This document shows positions 58,567 through 64,000 of a stretch of DNA of 64,000 nucleotides, one piece after another. The notes under the pieces were generated by a model. The model was not told the DNA's origin and searched no databases. It saw nothing but the letters and a program-made list of their open reading frames with translations. The position numbers and the translations under genes are program-made. Source of the stretch: a virus. Taxonomy: Duplodnaviria > Caudoviricetes. Location of the stretch: the IMG/VR virus record IMGVR_UViG_3300014208_000023, positions 192,001 to 256,000 of that record, one strand, 5' to 3'. Numbering within the stretch: the first letter of the stretch is position 1; each line of letters starts with the position of its first letter.

Positions 58567-59135
58567 TTGCTTTCAGTAATTATTTGGTTGCAATAATAAG
58601 CTACGGCTATAGCGTCCGCCATATCATAATGCTCTTCCATTAATCTTGGTGATTTGCCTCTAACATCTCTTGTTGGCCTAGGAATTTCTATATTTAGAAT
58701 AGTTTCTAATAAGGCCGGTATCTCATCCTTTTTTGGAAGAGAAGATAGTTTCGAAGCCTTTTTAATGCGTGTGCGTATTGATATGACATTGCATATGTGT
58801 AATGGCAATTGAGAGAAAGTCTCTGTAATAGATAGGCATAGGGTTCTATTTAAGACTGCCAACGGTATTATAGTGGCGGCCCCCGATCCTCCACTCATAA
58901 ACTTTATAAAATCTTCTACTGCAACATGATCTGGTTTATATTCTGAAATAATAGATATTATTTCTTTTTTAGCCAATCGCAACATATTTAAAAAATCGAA
59001 GTTATGATCCGGCAACAATCCTTTTTCTGGCTTATAATATCCTATATGGATAATGATCGCTTTTCCGTTGTCATCAAAATCAATAACCGAAATCCCTATG
59101 GTCGAGGTCGATACATCCAAGCCTAAAATGCGCAT
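58563..59135 (-). CDS. ruvC: RuvC-like Holliday junction resolvase
   Basis: ILGLDVSTSTIG, VAVED, DMADAIAVA. Confidence 0.8.
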   Translation of the reverse strand: MRILGLDVSTSTIGISVIDFDDNGKAIIIHIGYYKPEKGLLPDHNFDFLNMLRLAKKEIISIISEYKPDHVAVEDFIKFMSGGSGAATIIPLAVLNRTLCLSITETFSQLPLHICNVISIRTRIKKASKLSSLPKKDEIPALLETILNIEIPRPTRDVRGKSPRLMEEHYDMADAIAVAYYCNQIITESK

Positions 59136-59163
59136 ACCTTATATATAACGCATCTTTTATTAG

Positions 59164-59253
59164 TGGAAAGTCAAGGAGTCGAACCCTGAATTATTTGATG
59201 GATGAACGATATCAAACTATCCGTGCATAGAGACAAATCTCAAATGCCTTTCC
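59164..59253 (-). ncRNA. tRNA-like RNA (canonical acceptor stem and T arm, non-canonical D/anticodon region, no encoded CCA)
   Basis: GGAAAG/CTTTCC acceptor, CAGGG-TTCGACT-CCTTG T arm, discriminator A; 90 nt; no valid anticodon loop found by eye. Confidence 0.55.
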
Positions 59254-59285
59254 AAAAGAAAAGGCCCAGGTTTTAGCTGGGCCTT
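59254..59285 (-). terminator. Intrinsic terminator after the SSB gene
   Basis: 9-bp stem AAGGCCCAG/CTGGGCCTT with a 7-nt loop, followed by TTCTTTT on the minus strand. Confidence 0.85.
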
Positions 59286-59310
59286 CTCTACACACGATTA
59301 CGATTTAGAA

Positions 59311-60012
59311 TCAGCCGTTAACTGCTTTTTTCTTATTATCGTAATTCTTGAAGAAGCTATCTCCTTCTGCTTCTTCTTCATCGTCTCCAGCTGAGGCTTT
59401 ATCGCCACTATCAGTTGAAGGCGCTCCTCCGGCCGCATTGATTTCGTCCTGAATTTTATTCAAACGATCTCGTACGAATGATGGTGATGGTGCCTCTACT
59501 TTCGCCGCCAAATTCTTGGCTGGATTCTCTTCCTGAAGACGAATATCGTCAGCAGTTAGAGGCGTTGGTGGCATTGGGCTAACATAGTAATAGTTAGTCG
59601 CGCCTCCATTAGGATCCACTACGATATCAAGGTCATAGCCTTCTGGGCTTCCCCATGGACCTTTTGCTAGCGTCTGAATCGACTTGAAAACTGAATATCC
59701 TATATCAAGGGTTCTATAGGTTCCAGTTTTACGATCGATAACGCCAACGAACCAGCGTCTTTTCGCCTTGTTCACTGGTGACATCTCACATAGTGGACAT
59801 TTCTCTTCGGTTTCCGAGCGAGAACAATTGATGCGATATCCGTATTTCTTGCCTCCGGCGGGCTCATAACGGTGCTGATGATATTGGTGTGGGAGGGTTA
59901 GTAACCGAATTAAGTTACTGCCAGGATTTAGTCGAAGAAAATCGTTTTTGCTTTTTCCTCCACCAAGTGATGGCTCGCCCCAACCTACTACTCCATTTTT
60001 TACATTACTCAT
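59311..60012 (-). CDS. Single-stranded DNA-binding protein, T4 gp32-like
   Basis: FLRL..G.N.IRLL, H...C...CPLC Zn site, WFVGVIDR, GYDLDI, acidic C-terminus. Confidence 0.75.
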   Translation of the reverse strand: MSNVKNGVVGWGEPSLGGGKSKNDFLRLNPGSNLIRLLTLPHQYHQHRYEPAGGKKYGYRINCSRSETEEKCPLCEMSPVNKAKRRWFVGVIDRKTGTYRTLDIGYSVFKSIQTLAKGPWGSPEGYDLDIVVDPNGGATNYYYVSPMPPTPLTADDIRLQEENPAKNLAAKVEAPSPSFVRDRLNKIQDEINAAGGAPSTDSGDKASAGDDEEEAEGDSFFKNYDNKKKAVNG

Positions 60013-60070
60013 TTTTATTTTCCTATTTCTGTTTTTAGCTGTTCGCTATTTTTTGTTTACTGATTTTGAG

Positions 60071-60400
60071 TTACCGCTGAACGAATTCAACTACTCTCTT
60101 ACGCATGTGATCAGTGGTTCTTGTGAAATTCACCTTAACACCTGATCGTCTTAAACTATATATCACATTATTAACTACCTTACGCATTACTGATGGTGAG
60201 GATGGCCAATTAGTTGGAGTTTTATTTCGACTAACCGTACGGAGCGCGTTTCCTAGCTCTGTCATATTTCCTGACCATTCACCCCCCTTCTTTCCCAGTA
60301 GGGATACGATTCTTTCTTGAATCGTGCTGGCAAGAACTTTATTCTTGTAGACTCCAGTTTGTGTCGTTGATCTTACTTGTTTTACATTACTCTTACGCAT
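60071..60400 (-). CDS. Small basic putative DNA-binding protein
   Basis: 109 aa, Lys/Arg-rich, winged-helix-like layout. Confidence 0.45.
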   Translation of the reverse strand: MRKSNVKQVRSTTQTGVYKNKVLASTIQERIVSLLGKKGGEWSGNMTELGNALRTVSRNKTPTNWPSSPSVMRKVVNNVIYSLRRSGVKVNFTRTTDHMRKRVVEFVQR

Positions 60401-60416
60401 TACTTACCTGTATTGT

Positions 60417-60656
60417 TTATTGTTTCTTGTGTTTCTCTCGCCTTTTGGGCTCAAGTCTTTTCATTATCTCGGCAGCTTCGGCATACGCCTTTTGACATTC
60501 CAGATCTAGTTTTATTTCTTCTCTTATTTTAGCAATCAGCGCCCTATTGAACTCTTCTTGTTTCTTTCGGCAGCGTTTATTTTCGCAGATGTAGCAGTCG
60601 CACTTGCACCCATCATTATGTTGTTCGCCCGCGATGCAGTAGTGCGTTTCACTCAT
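60417..60656 (-). CDS. Small Cys-rich hypothetical protein
   Basis: CIAGEQHNDGCKCDCYICENKRC followed by a helix. Confidence 0.5.
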   Translation of the reverse strand: MSETHYCIAGEQHNDGCKCDCYICENKRCRKKQEEFNRALIAKIREEIKLDLECQKAYAEAAEIMKRLEPKRREKHKKQ

Positions 60657-61144
60657 GAATTTCTTTTTATCTGCTCTACCAAATTATCTAATGGTTGCAA
60701 TTTATTTTTAGGCGCCATATAAAAAGTTTCGTTTATTTTTCTAACTCTATCAAATCTAGTTTCTTGCGTCCAATAGTCTGGTTTATTATAACTTGGCAAA
60801 CAAAGCATTGCTTTTGTTTCTCTTGAAATCATAACATATGCTAATGGCTTATTTATTTTAGCATCATACCCAGCTACTGTATCTACAAAAATTGTGCTGT
60901 ATGGAAAATCTTTTGCTGACGTAAAAGACTCTCTACGAGACTTTATTTCAATATAGTGACCATTAACTAAAAGATCTTTAGAATCTATGTAGTCACCGGC
61001 CTTTTCAAAGGAGCCGCGAAAGGTTAGTTTTGGCATTTGAACTTCCAATCCATTTTCGTGAAAATAGATTCCGGCTATTTTTTGCCACTCGTAACCTTCG
61101 CGAAGCTCCTTAAAAAAGAGAGTGTCGTTATCTTTCCAACTCAT
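60653..61144 (-). CDS. PD-(D/E)xK-type nuclease-like protein
   Basis: DSKDLLVNGHYIEIKSR (D...E-x-K). Confidence 0.55.
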   Translation of the reverse strand: MSWKDNDTLFFKELREGYEWQKIAGIYFHENGLEVQMPKLTFRGSFEKAGDYIDSKDLLVNGHYIEIKSRRESFTSAKDFPYSTIFVDTVAGYDAKINKPLAYVMISRETKAMLCLPSYNKPDYWTQETRFDRVRKINETFYMAPKNKLQPLDNLVEQIKRNS

Positions 61145-61153
61145 TTTTGAGAA

Positions 61154-61504
61154 TCAGGCCTCTATCTCGATGTCTATTGATCCATCATCTACTTTTTGCC
61201 ATTTATGTTGCTTGACGTGTTTTGATTTTGGAACTGATCGGCTTTTCATTCCCTCAATAACGTCACGAAATGACATCCATGGGTAAGCGTCTTTGCCTAG
61301 CGATTTAAAGCGCTCAATTTCATTGGCGTTAGCAGATCCACTTCTAACTGAAGCAAATAATGCTCTTCGGAATTTTCTGCTCATCCCAAAAGGACTTCTT
61401 CCATCAATTACTGATTTAGATTCCTTTACAGATGAGCTGGGGAGACTCAATGTTTCTGGGTCCATTAGCTGTTCATGTATTACGGTTTCTTGTGTCTTAC
61501 TCAT
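61154..61504 (-). CDS. Hypothetical protein
   Basis: 116-aa ORF tiled within the operon. Confidence 0.5.
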   Translation of the reverse strand: MSKTQETVIHEQLMDPETLSLPSSSVKESKSVIDGRSPFGMSRKFRRALFASVRSGSANANEIERFKSLGKDAYPWMSFRDVIEGMKSRSVPKSKHVKQHKWQKVDDGSIDIEIEA

Positions 61505-61824
61505 TATTTTGTCCCTTTGTGTCTATAAATCAGATTCTGAATTGAATGCACTTGATGCCATGGAAATGACATTTCTACCATCTCCTCTATTTTAGCTCCG
61601 GCAATCATCGTTGAATGTCCAGACATTATGTTTTGGAGTTTGGCATTTTTATTTGTAAATAGGCCTACCGCCTTAACCGTGCTTGGTCCCTCATCTATTT
61701 TTGTAGCTAGAAAATATGGGCTTATAGTTCCCTCGGCAAGAGAGATAAGATATGTTGGCCCAGATCTTATTTGGATATTTACCGGAACATTACCGGTAAT
61801 TTGTATTTGCATATCGTTTGACAT
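61504..61824 (-). CDS. Hypothetical protein
   Basis: 106-aa ORF coupled to recA. Confidence 0.5.
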   Translation of the reverse strand: MSNDMQIQITGNVPVNIQIRSGPTYLISLAEGTISPYFLATKIDEGPSTVKAVGLFTNKNAKLQNIMSGHSTMIAGAKIEEMVEMSFPWHQVHSIQNLIYRHKGTK

Positions 61825-62987
61825 CAGACCGCCTCGCTCTTACTCTTATCAGCTTTTTTGGGCTTCTCGACAACTTTTGCCGTATCGCTTATAGACACTG
61901 GATTTTTGCTAAAATACTTTCTATCACGAATTTCTTCAATTTTCTGAAGAAGCTCGGTAGCTAGTCCTGGAACCTCAAGCAATGCATCAGTGAATTTGCC
62001 GGCGCCTACCCACTTATAGTCCTTATACGTATAAGACATTGTGGTTGGGCGTAGAACTATATCATACTGGATTGCTAGATTGCCAATCTCTTCATACGCA
62101 TTATGAATTCCTTTGGTGAAATCTATTTTGAATTCAGTTTTCTTTGGCCAAATACCAAACTTATTCTTTTCGATTGTTGCTCTGATAACGTGACCAATTT
62201 TTTCTTCTTTTTCATTAAGAATCTGGGCGTCTTTGCGAGCGACCATTTCAAAATAAATGTTTGCAGAAAGGAAGTGGTGGTATGAATTACCTCCGGCACT
62301 GGCGTGATCTGGCCCATAAGCATTCATCGTGCTACGAACGTGATTGATCATTACCATGGCTACGTTGGCCTTCTTTACTTCTAGGCTCAACTTTTTAAGA
62401 GCAGTTGAAAGGAAGCGTGGTAGAGGGCTAATATTTACCTTACCAACTTCGCTTATTTGTTCTTGTGGAACCTGAAGTGCTCCGACGCTATCTAGAATAA
62501 TAAGATTGACATTTAGATTTCCATCAGCAACTTCGTCTAGAAGACCTCTTTTGGATTTTCCCGCAAAGAAGTGTTTGTTATCTTCTTTTGGAACGCCAGT
62601 TAGCATTTCAAATAGTCTTTTTGCAGAAACTGCCAAATCATCCTGAATAAGCATTATCTTTTCTGGATCTGCTCCAAGATCCTGTGCCCATGTTGCACTG
62701 AATGTTCCTTCGGCGTCAATATATATTTGGTGTGCTTGTGGGTCCTGTTTTTGAGCTTCTTTAATTAGAAGAATACTCATTGCTGTTTTGCCAGAACCTG
62801 GGGCACCATATAACTGCGTAATTCTGCCTCTAACTATTCCGCCAGAACAAAGCGCATCATCTAGACTTGGAGATCCTGTTGGAATTGCTTGTGGTTTTTC
62901 GCCAATACCATCACTGGCAGATCTAACCTCCATACTGTCTTCGGTATCTGAAAATGCTTTGAAAAAATCTTTAAACTTATCGCTCAT
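61824..62987 (-). CDS. recA: RecA/UvsX recombinase
   Basis: PTGSPSLDDAL..GG..RGRITQLYGAPGSGKT, DAEGT, IILDSVGAL, INHVR, KNKFG. Confidence 0.95.
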   Translation of the reverse strand: MSDKFKDFFKAFSDTEDSMEVRSASDGIGEKPQAIPTGSPSLDDALCSGGIVRGRITQLYGAPGSGKTAMSILLIKEAQKQDPQAHQIYIDAEGTFSATWAQDLGADPEKIMLIQDDLAVSAKRLFEMLTGVPKEDNKHFFAGKSKRGLLDEVADGNLNVNLIILDSVGALQVPQEQISEVGKVNISPLPRFLSTALKKLSLEVKKANVAMVMINHVRSTMNAYGPDHASAGGNSYHHFLSANIYFEMVARKDAQILNEKEEKIGHVIRATIEKNKFGIWPKKTEFKIDFTKGIHNAYEEIGNLAIQYDIVLRPTTMSYTYKDYKWVGAGKFTDALLEVPGLATELLQKIEEIRDRKYFSKNPVSISDTAKVVEKPKKADKSKSEAV

Positions 62988-63011
62988 TGTTTTCCTTATT
63001 GTTGTTTTAAA

Positions 63012-63533
63012 TTACCATCCGACTTTAGGAGGGTTATCTCGTTCTGTTGGTATACTTTTACTTGTTCCCGTTATTACTGACTGTTTCTGGCCCTGAGCCA
63101 GTTCTTTGAAATAATAATGCATCTTAATTAAGACATCATATTTCTTTTCTAATGCTGATTTGGCACCTTTTGTTTTGGCGAGAAGTAGGCCCAGCTGCTC
63201 TACTTCAGGATGACTTTCGCCAGCTTGTTTACGCATTTCTGCCGTAACTCGGACTTTATCATCCTCACATTTGTATTCGAGAGCAGCGCGGTTTTTAACC
63301 GTATTAACTCTGCTCTCAATAAATCCTGAAGTTTTAATTAACTTCGCAATCATATCTATTAAAATTTCTGCTGCGTATAAAGCTCTGTGTTGTAAAAATT
63401 CGGCATGAGCAATATCAAACGCCTCATTGTCTCTTAAGCTTTTTAAGACCTTTTGAACTTCAGTTAGATCGAATTCTTCGAATGGTTCAATATTCTGGCT
63501 GCCCATTAGCTGGCCAAGTGTTATCTGTGACAT
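63012..63533 (-). CDS. UvsY-like recombination mediator
   Basis: Helical protein with VTAEMRKQAGESHPEV...LEKKYD, directly upstream of recA/uvsX. Confidence 0.55.
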   Translation of the reverse strand: MSQITLGQLMGSQNIEPFEEFDLTEVQKVLKSLRDNEAFDIAHAEFLQHRALYAAEILIDMIAKLIKTSGFIESRVNTVKNRAALEYKCEDDKVRVTAEMRKQAGESHPEVEQLGLLLAKTKGAKSALEKKYDVLIKMHYYFKELAQGQKQSVITGTSKSIPTERDNPPKVGW

Positions 63534-63591
63534 ATTACAATTCCTCTTACTGTATTATACTGAATGCGACAATTTTCTCGACAAGTGAAAA

Positions 63592-63954
63592 CTACTTGCT
63601 CTTTTGTAGTTCGGCTAGTTTTTTATCGAATTTTATCGTTAATTCGCTTAATTTTTGCTCAAATTTTTCCGTTAGAGCGTTTAGCCTTTCCTCTTCTCTA
63701 GCCTCCATGAGCCTACGGCCTTGCTGCTCATATATGGCGCACACAAATAGAAATACTTCCATTGAGGTTTGGCGCGCAGGTGATTTGATAAAAGTTATAT
63801 TTCCATTTTTATCAGTTTCAAATAAATCTATAAATAGATCGTCTCCCTTAAAGTTTGGGCGATCATATGATCTGCAAATGCTATCATATGCAGTAGATTC
63901 TTCTGGCGTCAATGATAACTTTTTGTTATGAACTATTCTGATTGATGCAGCCAC
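63592..63954 (-). CDS. Hypothetical protein
   Basis: 120 aa, GTG start with SD GAGGAG, C-terminal coiled coil. Confidence 0.55.
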   Translation of the reverse strand: MAASIRIVHNKKLSLTPEESTAYDSICRSYDRPNFKGDDLFIDLFETDKNGNITFIKSPARQTSMEVFLFVCAIYEQQGRRLMEAREEERLNALTEKFEQKLSELTIKFDKKLAELQKSK

Positions 63955-64000
63955 TTATTCTCCTCTAGAAAACTTGCCTAAACCAGTTGGCTGTTGCCTT

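Noticed and set aside
59164-59253. Assigning the tRNA-like element as tRNA-Lys(UUU)
   Set aside because: The only 17-nt candidate arm has two mismatches and an AG-TTT-GA loop lacking U33 and a proper position 37 context.
63554-63584. Sigma70 promoter TTGTCG...TATAAT upstream of the uvsY-like gene
   Set aside because: The -10 is perfect, but the spacer to TTGTCG is 19 nt, so I do not call it; a promoter here remains possible.
1-64000. Stop-codon reassignment, as seen in some huge phages
   Set aside because: Genes tile densely under the standard code, and TAA, TAG and TGA all end genes at sensible, often overlapping, junctions.

Overview
This window is a densely coded, AT-rich segment of a large (jumbo/huge) tailed phage genome. 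It uses the standard genetic code and almost every gene is on the minus strand. Five modules run left to right. (1) 1-15.3 kb: nucleotide-sugar, methyltransferase, glycosyltransferase and pyruvyltransferase genes surrounding a 1005-aa Thr/Ser-rich collagen fibre gene. (2) 15.7-48.4 kb: head morphogenesis and packaging, with two capsid-cement-like genes, prohead protease-scaffold, portal, GpA-type large terminase, a free-standing HNH gene and about 20 putative inner-head proteins. Many of these share a helical-hairpin segment ending in K-x-A, my candidate capsid address and cleavage site; it appears to route enzymes (a CCA-type nucleotidyltransferase polyprotein, a phosphatase, a muralytic enzyme) and glycine-zipper membrane proteins into the head. 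(3) 48.5-49.8 kb: a sigma region-4-like HTH gene and a primase lacking its zinc-binding domain. (4) 49.9-57.3 kb: a plus-strand fibre operon with five tandem paralogues joined by conserved SD-hairpin junctions. (5) 57.3-64 kb: DnaJ, RuvC, a tRNA-like RNA, gp32-like SSB, RecA/UvsX and UvsY. Non-coding signals read from the DNA: a candidate late promoter RATA-N6-YATW (10 copies), a -1 frameshift cassette (A_AAA_AAG, 7-nt spacer, hairpin) and three intrinsic terminators. No major capsid protein or tail sheath/tube gene is recognisable. All family assignments come from motif recognition by eye, not database searches.
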